Positions 40,050 through 51,272 are shown, counted from the first letter of the stretch. The stretch is DNA of 64,000 nucleotides from Octopus bimaculoides (GCF_001194135.2 NC_068982.1:33849459-33913458), one strand, 5' to 3'. Notes: generated by a model from the letters alone, not told the origin. Translations and numbers: made by a program.

Positions 40050-40630
40050 GTGATTGTCTTTAGGTGTGTCTCCCATGAGGGTGATCTCTTGTTGCTCCAA
40101 ATTTTTTAACAGGGCCTTAGGCACAATTCCAATGGCTATGCAAAGCTGCTGGAGATTGTGGTCAAATCCTGGCTGGAGAGGGTTGTTGCTAGAAGATCAT
40201 ATATGTGGCAGCAGGATTCATCTCCTTGCCATACATCTGAAAAGAATCAAAAGTTGCTGGTAAATTTCTATGAATTAACAAACCCCAATGTCTAGTCTCC
40301 TAATTCCCCTGATTGTAATACCATGGATTACTATGTGTGGGGTGTGGTTGAGAAAGACACCAATCTGTCTGTCTGCAACACCAAGGCCAAGCGGATGGTT
40401 GAGATGAAGTATTTGAAGATCTTGTCAGAGGCACAGTAAGGAATATATGTGCCAGGTTCTGGAGCCATGTTGGAAGCTGAGAATGGCTACGTTGAATAAA
40501 CTGTTATCTCCCAGCCATAATCTAATTGGTATTTTATGATTTAAAAAAAAATACTTTTGTTTTGGGATGGGATATTGTGTTTTCTTTTCCTTTTATGCAA
40601 TCTGTCAAATTTAGCCCAAACACCATCTAC
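40050..40630 (+). mobile_element. Tc1/mariner (DD37D maT-like) transposase 3' fragment, copy 2
   Basis: KLLEIVVKSWLERVVA...QQDSSPCHTS...SPNSPDCNTMDYYVWG; shares its 3' flank with copy 1. Confidence 0.8.
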
Positions 40631-41109
40631 AGTCTGTTAACATATCTTTGGCTATGAATGCAATGCATCTTGAGAAGCTTGCATATTTTTGTATTAATTT
40701 TACTTATCTCATTGATGGACTATTTTATGATATTAAAGCTGAAGGTTACAACAGGTATAGTCATACAGATAGGCACAATTCTAATTCTCAAATTAAGTTA
40801 GCCTTTTAGGATAGCTCTAACTCTACAATAGCATTCTTTCCATATTTTTCCCACATATTTGTTGATGCCATTTACCCCCACATACACCAAAATATTTGTA
40901 GTTTTCTTGAGGATTTAATGCTTTGACCATGGTACCTTGTCTAGTTGTGTGTTGGCTTTCAAGAGTTTTCCCATATAAAATGTGGCTTTAGCACATTTAT
41001 CAAGGCTTAATTTCATTCAGTATCACTACTAAATTGTTTTACTATAGTTAAAAGTCATTCCACCCAACTGAGCAGTTATTGAATGTTATTTGTGTCATTT
41101 ATGCAAACT

Positions 41110-41492
41110 GGATGGTGTATTGTTGGCACTCCATCGCTTACAACGTCAAGGGTTCCAGTTGATCCGATCAATGGAACAGCCAGCTCGTGGAATTAATGTG
41201 CAAGTGGCTGAGCACTCCACAGACACGTGTACCCTTAACGTAGTTCTCGGGGATATTCAGTGTGACAAGGCTGACCCTTTGAATTACAGGCACAACAGAA
41301 ATAGGAAGTAAGAGTGAGAGAAAGCTGTGGTGAAAGAGTACAGCAGGGTTCGCCACCATCCCCTGCTGGAGCCTCATGGAACTTTAGGTGTTTTTGCTCA
41401 ATAAACACTCACAATGCCCGGTCTGGGAATCGAAACTGCGATCCTATGATCACGAGTCCGCTGCCCTAACCACTGGGCCATTGCGCCTCCAC
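41110..41492 (-). mobile_element. tRNA-derived SINE family D, representative copy
   Basis: Head GGAGGCGCAATGGCCCAGTGGTTAGGGCAGCGGACTCGTGATC...TTCGATTCCCAGACC. Related bodies or heads at 18670-18930, 24130-24370, 28980-29320, 54250-54590 and 1180-1260. Confidence 0.75.
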
Positions 41493-41692
41493 AGATGGTG
41501 TATAGTAAGATTTGAAATAATGACAACTGGGTTAGCAATGTATCACAGCAACTATGCCTCATCTTCATAAATTAATTATTTTTTCAAAGTTTCCTCATAA
41601 ATCCTTTTATTTACAAAACCTTATTTACAATGCAAAATATATTTGCTACATTTACATAATATATTCCATATAACTTGGTATATAGTATTTTG

Positions 41693-41851
41693 TTACTTTT
41701 CTCTGGAAAGTGCTGTGTCCAATAACTCTTTATTAATGCGATGTTTCATTAAATATTTTCCATTCAAGTGGAAAACAGGAATATCAAACCTGTATTTGTA
41801 GAAGTACTCTTTGTTTTTGGCATCAGTTATATCAACCTCATTGAAAATAAC
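41693..41851 (-). CDS. C5orf63: Glutaredoxin-like protein C5orf63 homolog, coding exon 2 (terminal)
   Basis: Acceptor TTTTGCAG|GTT; VIFNEVDITDAKNKEYFYKYRFDIPVFHLNGKYLMKHRINKELLDTALSREK*, matching the EVDI...Y..DIPVFHLNG..LMKHR signature; in phase with exon 1, giving 111 aa. Confidence 0.87.
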   Translation of the reverse strand, partial: VIFNEVDITDAKNKEYFYKYRFDIPVFHLNGKYLMKHRINKELLDTALSREK

Positions 41852-42148
41852 CTGCAAAATAAAAAATAAAAAACATAATTGACAAGGATCATATATTAAA
41901 TTCTGGGTACCAGTTCTCAAGCAGTGGTGGGGAAAAACACAACCCACCCAAACACCCATCCATCTGTATTAGGTGTGGAGAGTAGGTGCAGGCATGGTGA
42001 TATGATTAAGATGCTTGCATCCATGTAGTCCCAGGTTCATTTCCACTGTGCAGTGCATTTGGAAAGTGTCTTCTACTACATCTCTGGGCTGACCAAAGCT
42101 AGCAAGTGGATCTAGTAGATGAAAAGTGAAAGAAACCTGTTGTGTGTG

Positions 42149-42190
<42 letters not shown>

Positions 42191-42207
42191 ACCATATTCC
42201 CTTCTAT

Positions 42208-42288
42208 ATCGGTTAACTCTGATGAGCGTAAAGTTATATAATAGGATTTTTACCTAATACTCCATTGTATTCTTTACACGAAACCGAT
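42208..42288 (+). ncRNA. Type-III-like hammerhead ribozyme core with rudimentary helix I
   Basis: AUCGGU-U/AACU-CUGAUGA-GCGUAAAG[38 nt]CUUUACAC-GAAA-CCGAU; helix III 6 bp perfect, helix II 7 of 8 pairs. Confidence 0.5.
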
Positions 42289-42616
42289 TGATAAGATCAG
42301 CCGTGAAGGATATTTAACACTACACATTTCGGATAATACATAATACATATATATATATACACTATGGCTAGGATTGATTAGAACTAGGATTTTACAGCCA
42401 GAAGCTTTTCCTATCACTAATTTTCACTTGTTTTTCACGTAAAGTACATTTTATGCCAGGAGCCTTCAAAAGCACAGAGCAGCTGGTTGTAATGTCAACA
42501 AGGAATGTAAACATCAGGACCGTGTCACTCAAATGGCAACAAGCGAAATATCAACATTTGCACATGCAGTTATATGTGCACAGTACAGCGTTATATGGTC
42601 ATAAATCGAAAAATCA

Positions 42617-43007
42617 GGCACTGTCATGGTATTAGCTGTCAGAAGTGAAAGTAGAACTGACAAGGAACGTTACTGCTGGTTTGAGTTGATTCTTTGGCTA
42701 CTGACTAGCCGGAGCTATCTATCTGTCTGTCTGTCTATCTCACTATCTCTCTCTCTCTCTATATATATCTATCACTCGTTCACCTCTGTTTGTGTCCGTA
42801 GAATTTATCAAATTAGAAAACGCAAATTTAATATAAAAATATATTTTCTGAAATTGCAAATTATTTAAAATATAAAAATATAATTTTCAACAGAGAGAAT
42901 TTATCAAAATAGAAAACAAATGAAGTTTGAAGTTTAAAAATAATAGGATCGACCACCACTCAAACGCATGGATATAGGTGTCAAATTTGTTCCAATAACT
43001 TTCGAGT

Positions 43008-43041
<34 letters not shown>

Positions 43042-43183
43042 CACAGACAGACAGACAGATAGCTCGCTCCGGCCAGTCATGGTATTAGCTGTCAGTAGCC
43101 AAAGAATCAACTCAAACCAGCAGTAACGTTCCTTGTCAGATTTTTCTACTTTCACTTCTGACAGTTAATACCATGACAGTGCC
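42617..43183. mobile_element. Merlin-like MITE (567 bp) with long TIRs and an 8-bp TSD
   Basis: Inverted arms 42617-42778 and 43003-43183 beginning GGCAC; AAAAATCA duplicated exactly at 42609-42616 and 43184-43191. Confidence 0.8.
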
Positions 43184-43289
43184 AAAAATCATCCTGACTT
43201 TTTGCTGACGTAGATCGTTACAAGTTTGCTAGTATTCGGTTTATTTATTTACTTATTCAGATTTTATAATAACTGCATATCAAACTTAC

Positions 43290-43466
43290 TTTATCTATGT
43301 ATGGAATAAGCGCTTCTTTGGCTTCTTCACACAAACTACATTCTTCCTTGGTAAACATAGTCAGAGTAGGTTTAGCCTTGCTCGCAACGTAACTCCGGGA
43401 GCATAATAAGCAAATAATTCGTTTGAAGGTGAAAGGTGCATGAATAAAATTCGCCCTTGTGAACAT
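43290..43466 (-). CDS. C5orf63: Glutaredoxin-like protein C5orf63/YDR286C homolog, coding exon 1 (59 codons)
   Basis: ATG at 43466; MFTRANF...KPTLTMFTKEECSLCEEAKEALIPYIDK with thioredoxin-fold CxxC (CSLC); phase-0 donor AAA|GTAAGT at 43289. Confidence 0.85.
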
Positions 43467-43703
43467 CTGGATCAGTATATAAAGAACAGCAGTTGCATAA
43501 CAAAATGTACAATAATATTGATTGTTATAATTATTTTTTCAACTTTTTACGCAGTAGGACTGAACCCTAAACCACGTGGGTGCAAAGCAATATGAACAGA
43601 AACTATTTCAGCATGAAGGGAAGTCACTCTGAATAACTTCTGGGCAATTTGTAGATAATAGAGAGTTTTTCAAGGGAAGTAACTACATATTTAGTTTGGA
43701 AAG
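43467..43703. promoter_or_regulatory. Bidirectional promoter / 5'UTR interval between C5orf63-like and NUBP1
   Basis: Divergent ATGs 237 bp apart; the surrounding 42.2-45.9 kb retains CpGs, unlike most of the window. TSSs are not visible from sequence. Confidence 0.7.
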
Positions 43704-44042
43704 ATGGCAGACTTAATAGCAGATGCCCCAGAGCACTGTCCAGGAACAGGGAGCGAACAGGCAGGCAAAGCGTCTGCTTGTAGTGGTTGTCCCAACAGAG
43801 GTATATGCTCGTCCCAACCTAAAGGACCTGATCCAGCTATTGCAGAAATCCAAGAAAAGTTATCCACAGTTCGTCACAAAATCCTTGTCCTTTCTGGAAA
43901 AGGTGGCGTTGGAAAAAGTACCTTCTCTGCTCATTTAGGGCATGGTTTTGCAGCTGCCAATGAAGATCACCAAGTCGCAGTTTTAGACACAGATATGTGT
44001 GGCCCGTCTATTCCTAGAATTATGGGGGTAGAAGGAGAGGCA
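43704..44042 (+). CDS. NUBP1: Cytosolic Fe-S cluster assembly factor NUBP1 (Nbp35), coding exon 1 (113 codons)
   Basis: N-terminal C-X13-C-X2-C-X5-C ferredoxin-like motif, deviant Walker A GKGGVGKS and DxDxCGPS; phase-0 donor GCA|GTACGT at 44043. Confidence 0.95.
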
Positions 44043-45554
44043 GTACGTATATATTTACTTTTTTTGTGTGTGTTATAGTTTTCTTGTTTAATACCGTTAA
44101 GAAAATTTCCTTTTTCATTGCTTGTGGGACAGTGAAGGCGAAGTTTCGTATGATAGACACAGAATTTCCAATGTGAAACTAACGTAGTTCCACGAATCCG
44201 TTCCATACGTCTTCTCCAAAGACCGGACAGAATTGGTTTTTTAAAAAAAATATAGTCGCAGGCATGATTGTGTGTTTAACCCATAAAGCGCTGGGATTTG
44301 CACTTACATAACATGGACTGCTGAGCACATTTTATGAAAATAAGACTACCGTGCACAAATAAAAAACAAAAATATATTTAAAATATCTTTTTTGTGTATA
44401 ATGGTGGCAAGTTTTACATCATCTGAAAAGTCATTAATTGAACTATTAGCCCTGTTGCATTCTGGAGGGTATCGGAGCGTTTCAGTGACACTAGACCCCA
44501 ACAAACGCCCATAAATTAAATGCATCTCTCTATGCCACGATCGTGGCCCGTCGCGCTTTATGTGTTAAGAAGCTCGCTTTGCACTCACGTGGTTTCGGGT
44601 TCAGTCCTACTGCGTAAAAACTGTACGGCAGCCCATCGTATGTGTGTGTGTGTGTGTGTTTGTGTTTATCTCTCTCCCCACTGTTTGACAATTGGTGGTT
44701 AATGGTTCTGGAAAATTAGTATCGGGGGCAGTTTGTTCGACTAAACCCTTCTAGATAGTGTCCCAATCATGACTACAGGCCAATCACTTACAGAAGGAAG
44801 ATAAAAGTGTTTAAGAAATTGAAATCGACAGCAACAAAAAGAAATCAAAATCCCCTGAGATTTGCAAAACAGCGAATTGGCAGAAACGTTAAAGCGTCGA
44901 GTGAAATAGCCTGCAGTAATAATTCCAGTTTATTTCCCATGAAGGTTAACTTTATCCTTGTAGCGTGGATAAATATATTACCAGTTTTGGTCGGAATCGT
45001 TAGAGTGTCAGACGAAATACCTTCCAGTATTTGTTCTGGCTCTTTGCGTTTTGAGTTCAAATCCTGCTTGGGTAATGCGTAACCCGTTTTAACACCTCTA
45101 TCCGACCTTTAAGTTTAATTTGTTGCAAGCATTTGGGTCAGATCTCCGGTTTGAGAATATCTTCCACCTTCCATCAGTCTCAGGGGCTCCGAAAGAAAAA
45201 AACCCTCTCAAACTGAGGTGTGGTGGTGGTTATACTCAGAATGACGAAGCGATAAAAACAGTCGATTATTTTTATTAAATTTTATCTAAAATCATTTTTA
45301 TTTCTGTATAGTATCTTAACTTTTCCTATGGAATTGATCCTCAATTTAAAATACTTAACCCGATCGGATATTACCGATTCTACGTTATTCTTATTATTAT
45401 TAATAATAATTGGTAGAAGTTACAGAACGACTCAGAGGCCAAGAGTTTCGTTCATTGATTCACAAAACTCTCGGTCCTTGAGACACTCTGTAACTCTACC
45501 GATTATATACATTATTTACATTTGACGATATTTGTCCTCATCTTGTTTGTTGTT

Positions 45555-45600
45555 AACACAACGTTTCGGCTGATATACCCTCCAACCTTCATCAGGTGAC
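45555..45600 (-). ncRNA. Minimal type-I hammerhead ribozyme core (intact CUGAUGA)
   Basis: GUCAC-CUGAUGA-A-GGUUG[10-nt loop]CAGCC-GAAAC-GUU/GUGUU; helix I 4 of 5 pairs, helix II 5 bp, palindromic AACGUU in place of helix III. Confidence 0.65.
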
Positions 45601-45678
45601 TTGGGGAAATTTCGAACCTTGGTTCTCATTCCTCAGGTATTTTTCGATATTATTATTATTATGATTATTATTATTATT

Positions 45679-45754
45679 CAGGTCACTGCCTGGAATCGAA
45701 CTCGGAATTTTGGGGATTAGTAGCCCGCGCTCTTAACCACTACACCATATGCCC
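45679..45754 (-). other. tRNA-derived Pol III promoter head (A box and B box)
   Basis: GGGCATATGGTGTAGTGGTTAAGAGCGCGGGCTACTAATCCCCAAAATTCCGAGTTCGATTCCAGGCAGTGACCTG; A box TGGTGTAGTGG, B box GAGTTCGATTCC; the acceptor stem is not closed. Confidence 0.75.
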
Positions 45755-45828
45755 ACAGGCATAATAATAATAATAATAACATCGAAAAATACCTTAGGAA
45801 TGAGAACCCAGGTTCGAAATTTCCCCAA

Positions 45829-45874
45829 GACACCTGATAAAGGCTGGCGGGTATATAAGCCGAAACGTTGTGTT
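45829..45874 (+). ncRNA. Minimal hammerhead core, probably inactivated (CUGAUAA)
   Basis: GACAC-CUGAUAA-A-GGCUG...AAGCC-GAAAC-GUU/GUGUU; all 5 helix I positions pair (one G-U) but G8 is changed to A. Confidence 0.55.
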
Positions 45875-45953
45875 AACAACAAGCAAGGTGAGGAAAAATA
45901 TCTGTCAAATGTAAATAATGTACATAATTCCTCATCTCTTAAATATAGAACTG

Positions 45954-46000
<47 letters not shown>

Positions 46001-48505
46001 TATATACACACATATATATATACACACACACACACACNNNNNNNNNNNNNNNNNNNNNNNNNNNNNNNNNNNNNNNNNNNNNNNNNNNNNNNNNNNNNNN
46101 NNNNNNNNNNNNNNNNNNNNNNNNNNNNNNNNNNNNNNNNNNNNNNNNNNNNNNNNNNNNNNNNNNNNNNNNNNNNNNNNNNNNNNNNNNNNNNNNNNNN
46201 NNNNNNNNNNNNNNNNNNNNNNNNNNNNNNNNNNNNNNNNNNNNNNNNNNNNNNNNNNNNNNNNNNNNNNNNNNNNNNNNNNNNNNNNNNNNNNNNNNNN
46301 NNNNNNNNNNNNNNNNNNNNNNNNNNNNNNNNNNNNNNNNNNNNNNNNNNNNNNNNNNNNNNNNNNNNNNNNNNNNNNNNNNNNNNNNNNNNNNNNNNNN
46401 NNNNNNNNNNNNNNNNNNNNNNNNNNNNNNNNNNNNNNNNNNNNNNNNNNNNNNNNNNNNNNNNNNNNNNNNNNNNNNNNNNNNNNNNNNNNNNNNNNNN
46501 NNNNNNNNNNNNNNNNNNNNNNNNNNNNNNNNNNNNNNNNNNNNNNNNNNNNNNNNNNNNNNNNNNNNNNNNNNNNNNNNNNNNNNNNNNNNNNNNNNNN
46601 NNNNNNNNNNNNNNNNNNNNNNNNNNNNNNNNNNNNNNNNNNNNNNNNNNNNNNNNNNNNNNNNNNNNNNNNNNNNNNNNNNTTAATCAGAGTTTTAAAA
46701 TACAGACAATCCGAATTTTTTGCTTAAATCCCAGCCATGGATCACCCTTAGGTGCATCATCATTTCATTAAATTTATGGAAGGAGAATAATGAAAAAACA
46801 TCAATATATGTCAAAATGACAAAAATACGTGGAAGGTAGCAGGTGGTCATGTGATGTGCTAAATCGCCCTTAGATAACACCAAAAACCTTTTTTTTTTTT
46901 TTTTTTCACAATCGTATGAATTCCCATATGTAGAACACAAATTCGCAAAACTTTTCTGAAAATACCAAAAAAATAAAAAAGTTATGAGAGATTATAGGGG
47001 CTGCTTAAACCAGAATTCTGCCAAACCCATAATCGGTTTTCTCTTTATTTGTGAACAAAATCACAAATGTCTTTTCTTTTTGCTTTTTTTCAGTTGGTAG
47101 TGATAACAATTACAAACATCCTCTCTTGAAAATCACAGATTTCACATAGCTTAGACAAGTCATAGGCAAACTGCTGTATGTGGTATTTTGCGAATGGCAC
47201 ACCTAAGAAAATAACTACCTGGAATTTTTTTTGTTGGCTACCTGTTTCTGCAACCCACTTTTCAAAAATTGTTATCCATACCTAGCTGAGACTGATTACT
47301 GTAGTATTATTCAACATGTGCTTCTACTGTGAAAAGTTGCTAGGCCTATACAAAACGCATATGAGGGGCTTACTTTCAAAACCAGTACAAGTGCATATTT
47401 GGTCAATTTCATGATAACCATTAAAACACAATCTGCAAGCTGCTGGCTTCATGCATGTGAAATTTTTTTCAGTCAAACTGGGATAGATGCCATGTAGACA
47501 ATAGGCGAATATTAGTCTTCCAATCAAAATCAGATATATTCAAGTTATTGTTTAAAAGTCATTCCAATGCATATATCTGTTTTGAAAGTAAGCTCTTCAT
47601 TTATACTCTACATTAGCATACTGCACTCACACAATACATACCATCCTCGACCGTAACAAAATAAATATATAATAGATGGAAGATTAGTTCATCATATTCT
47701 GTTCCTGCTATCACAGGCTACACAAATCTTCAGTCATATACATGCTTTTCCTTCCACCACACCATCAAGTCCTGTGCTAAACATTTTTAAAAACTCTTTT
47801 CTCAAACAATTCCCTTGAGTTTGCCTGGGCCTGGAAAGATTATAAGCATTGCCTATCCTTTAATTATTAAAAATACATCTTTTATCCTTTTTCAGTCATT
47901 TGGGCTGTGGTCATCATCTTTGAAAGATTTTAGTTGAATAAATTGAGCCCAGTAATTATTTCTTTTACTGCTATTTATTTTAATGGTCTCCTTTGCTGAA
48001 CTAAGTTAAGGGGATTTAAACAAGCACTGGCTGTCAAACAGTGGGTGGGACAAACACACACACACACATTCAGTCTCTGTTCACCAAATTCACTCACAAG
48101 GCAATGATCAGTTTGGAGCTATAGTAAAAGACACTTGCTTAAAGTACCTCACAGTGGGACTGAACCAGAAACCACATGGTTGCAAAACAAGCTTCTTGAC
48201 CACACAGACATACCTGTGACAGCATTTGCACTTTTATCATTGATAAAACAAATGAAATTATTTGAATATACTTTCATTTGGTTTTATCATCTATATAATA
48301 ATCTGCTTGATAGGTCCTGTTAATTTTTTCCACTCTGTGGAATTTTCTTGGGTCCCACTAGTGTGATAATAATATAAAACTGAAATAAAATATACTTCCT
48401 CACCTTGTCTCATTCTATCAAGCACAAAGATTGTTTTCTTCATGCTATGTTAATGTAATACGCATTTTTAAAACACTATAATTAATTGTCATTTTTATTC
48501 CTTAG

Positions 48506-49141
48506 GTTCATCAGAGTGGCTCTGGCTGGTCACCAGTTTACGTATCGGATAATCTTGCAATTATGTCAGTTGGATTTCTTCTAGCAAGTCTAAATGATGC
48601 TGTCATATGGAGAGGTCCAAGAAAGAATGGTCTGATTAAACAGTTTCTGAAAGATGTCGACTGGGGAGATTTGGATTACCTCATCATTGATACACCACCT
48701 GGTACTTCAGATGAACATCTATCGTTAGTTCAATATATTGGTGCAACAAAGATCGATGGAGCAATTATCATTACTACACCACAGGAAATTTCTTTGCAGG
48801 ATGTTAGGAAGGAAATCAATTTCTGTGAGAAAGTAAAACTTCCTATAATTGGTGTAATTGAAAATATGAGTGGCTTTGTTTGCCCACACTGCAAAACTGA
48901 GTCTGAGATATTTCCTGCAACAACTGGTGGGGCTGAAAAAATGGCAAAAGATTTATCTCTACCATTCCTTGGCAAGCTACCCTTAGATCCGAGAATTGCA
49001 AAAGCATGTGATGAAGGCAAGTCATTCTTAGAAGAAATACCTGATAGCCCAGCAGCCCAAATATTCCAGAAGATTATAAAAGCTATAGAATGTCACTGTG
49101 AGTCTAAAAGAGACAGTAATGACTGTGGTGATAATAAATAA
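48506..49141 (+). CDS. NUBP1: NUBP1 coding exon 2 (terminal)
   Basis: Acceptor TTCCTTAG|GTT; [26 protein letters not shown]...[14 protein letters not shown]...[10 protein letters not shown]...[11 protein letters not shown]...GKLPLDPRI...; stop TAA at 49139-49141. Confidence 0.95.
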   Translation, partial: VHQSGSGWSPVYVSDNLAIMSVGFLLASLNDAVIWRGPRKNGLIKQFLKDVDWGDLDYLIIDTPPGTSDEHLSLVQYIGATKIDGAIIITTPQEISLQDVRKEINFCEKVKLPIIGVIENMSGFVCPHCKTESEIFPATTGGAEKMAKDLSLPFLGKLPLDPRIAKACDEGKSFLEEIPDSPAAQIFQKIIKAIECHCESKRDSNDCGDNK

Positions 49142-49248
49142 TGCAAAAATATCATTTCTTGAAAGAAAAAAAAATTTAAAATTTTTTCTAAAATACAGAG
49201 ATTTATCTTATTTTAAATTTTTGTCCTTGTTTTGATAAATATTTTTCT

Positions 49249-49254
49249 ATTAAA
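49249..49254 (+). terminator. Candidate polyadenylation signal (ATTAAA) for NUBP1
   Basis: ATTAAA about 110 nt after the stop codon; motif match only. Confidence 0.3.
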
Positions 49255-51004
49255 AAAGTATCTTTTGAAACTGATTGATGATAACACTGCTTCTAATACT
49301 ACATTATTCAATGAAGTCTTAGTGTGGTTTAAGGGAAATTGGTTGCCATTTCTAGCAGGTTGAACTACAGAGAAGCTTTATTGTTGACTCATCCATAAAT
49401 ACATTACAAGACAAGAAAATTGCAGCAGAGCTGTGTGATAGTGGTTTCAGCTGTGGCATGCAGACCATCTTAGAACTTGTTTGACATTACATTATCTTTC
49501 TCTTCTGTTTTACAAATTCTATGGGCACATGCACAATGTGTGTTCATACTTCTATTTCCAGTTCCTACTCAAAACTGTTTACAAATCACAACCCTGCGAT
49601 TGTGAAGTACACTTCATGCTCCAATGGTTGTGAAATAAGTTATGACTTTGATAAAAAATGCTGATATCTTTATATTAATAGTTAACAGTATATTTGTTCT
49701 TTGGTTTATGAGATATTGTCATTATCATAATTTTACATGCGTTCCATGCTGATATGGAGTTGAACTGATTGCCATGGTCCAAGCCAGTTCTTTTTCAGAA
49801 TTACTGCCACTTTAGATGGGTTGGCAGACAACATATCTCTTGCAAGTCTTGGTCTTTATTTTTTACTTGCTTCTGTCAGTGAACTGTGGCCATGCTGGGG
49901 TACTGCCTTGAAGAAATTTAGTCAAACCTGTTGACCCCAGTACTTACTTTTTTGTACAGCCTTGTACTTATTCTAACAGTCCCTTTTGCTGAATTGCTAA
50001 GTTACAGGGATGCAAACACACCAACACTAGTTGTTAAGCAGTGGTGGGACACACACACATATATGATGGGCTTCTTTCAGTTTCTAACAAATTCACTCAC
50101 AAGGCTTTGGTCAGCCTGAGCCTGTAGTAGTAGTCACTTGCCCAAGGTGTCACACAGTGGGACTGAACCCAGAACCATGTAGTTGGGAAGCCAACTTCTT
50201 ACCACTCAGCCATGCCTGCACTTTAGTATTCATAGCAGGGTGCTCCTAACATGAAACGCTTTACAAGCCATTTAATCATGGCACCAGTACTAGAGAAGTC
50301 GTCATGCCCTTAGCAAGACTAACAAGTCCTGTCAACTCTATGCTTTATTTGTTGTCAACCACTTTACAAGATGTATTAGGTGTCAGCACTTGTGAGGTTG
50401 CCTTATACCCTCAAGGCTAAAGAGCACCCACTGTTCCAGGAAGGAGAATAGAAATGAGGTTTATGGCAGTAGCTGAGCCTAGCACAAGAGATAGTTAAAG
50501 TGAAAGTATGATGCAATGAAAAGAAATGTGTAAGAGGTAGGAGGAGGAAAGTGGAAGAGAAGCATCAGTGCTGTGTTGCCAGGGTTGTAATTATGTTCAA
50601 TAAAGAAATGAAGAGAAAATGTTTTTATGACAATTTATTAAACTTTTTACTTAAAGCATTTGTTAATGGTAAATTACACCATTAATAAAAATAGCCAACC
50701 ATAATCAGGAAAGTGCATTGTCACTTGTAGGAAAGCTCAAGCAAATAGCTTCAGTTATTGATTCATTTGTAAGTTGATCAGTGACTGTTTTCAGTCTTTC
50801 AAAACATCATTGATATCCAAATCAGTGAGAAGTAAGAAATTCAAGAACTGTGATAGAAAAGCAGTTTATTTGAAAAGTAAAAAAAAAAAAAGAAATATTC
50901 TAATAAATATAGTAAATGATTGTTACTACTTCAAATTCGTAACATTTCCATGCTTAGAATAAATCACTTTAAAGTATGTAATGAATGAAATACAGCGTGA
51001 ATCT

Positions 51005-51069
51005 TTTATTGGTTTGTCTGCCTACAATTTTAAGATATTTTATTTTTTCTGTTAACTGAAATTTTTATT
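51005..51069 (-). terminator. Candidate polyadenylation signals (AATAAA) for TBCA
   Basis: TTTATT on the + strand at 51005-51010 and 51064-51069, 200-270 nt past the stop; motif match only. Confidence 0.3.
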
Positions 51070-51272
51070 GAGAAACACAAGAATACTGAAAAAAATTGGA
51101 AAAATAATTTGTTGCATGTTTAATTTCTCACTCATTCTCTTTAATTTCTAGCATATCACAATAAATGGCCAGCATTTTCCTCTGTTTCTTTCATCAGTGA
51201 AAGCTTAAAAAAAAGGAGAGACCAAGCCATCAATGCTCAGTTATTTTAGTAAACATATATCTTTGCTCCTTA

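Larger units (their letters stand above)
45502..45955. mobile_element. Fold-back element: inverted Penelope-type hammerhead arms around a tRNA-like head
   Basis: Arms 45502-45648 and 45781-45928 are near-identical inverted repeats separated by (TAA)n, a tRNA-like segment and (TAA)n. Confidence 0.75.

Noticed and set aside
45679-45754. Functional tRNA-Ser(ACT)
   Set aside because: The acceptor stem does not close, the anticodon stem is imperfect, and it is embedded in a repeat; treated as a SINE-type head.
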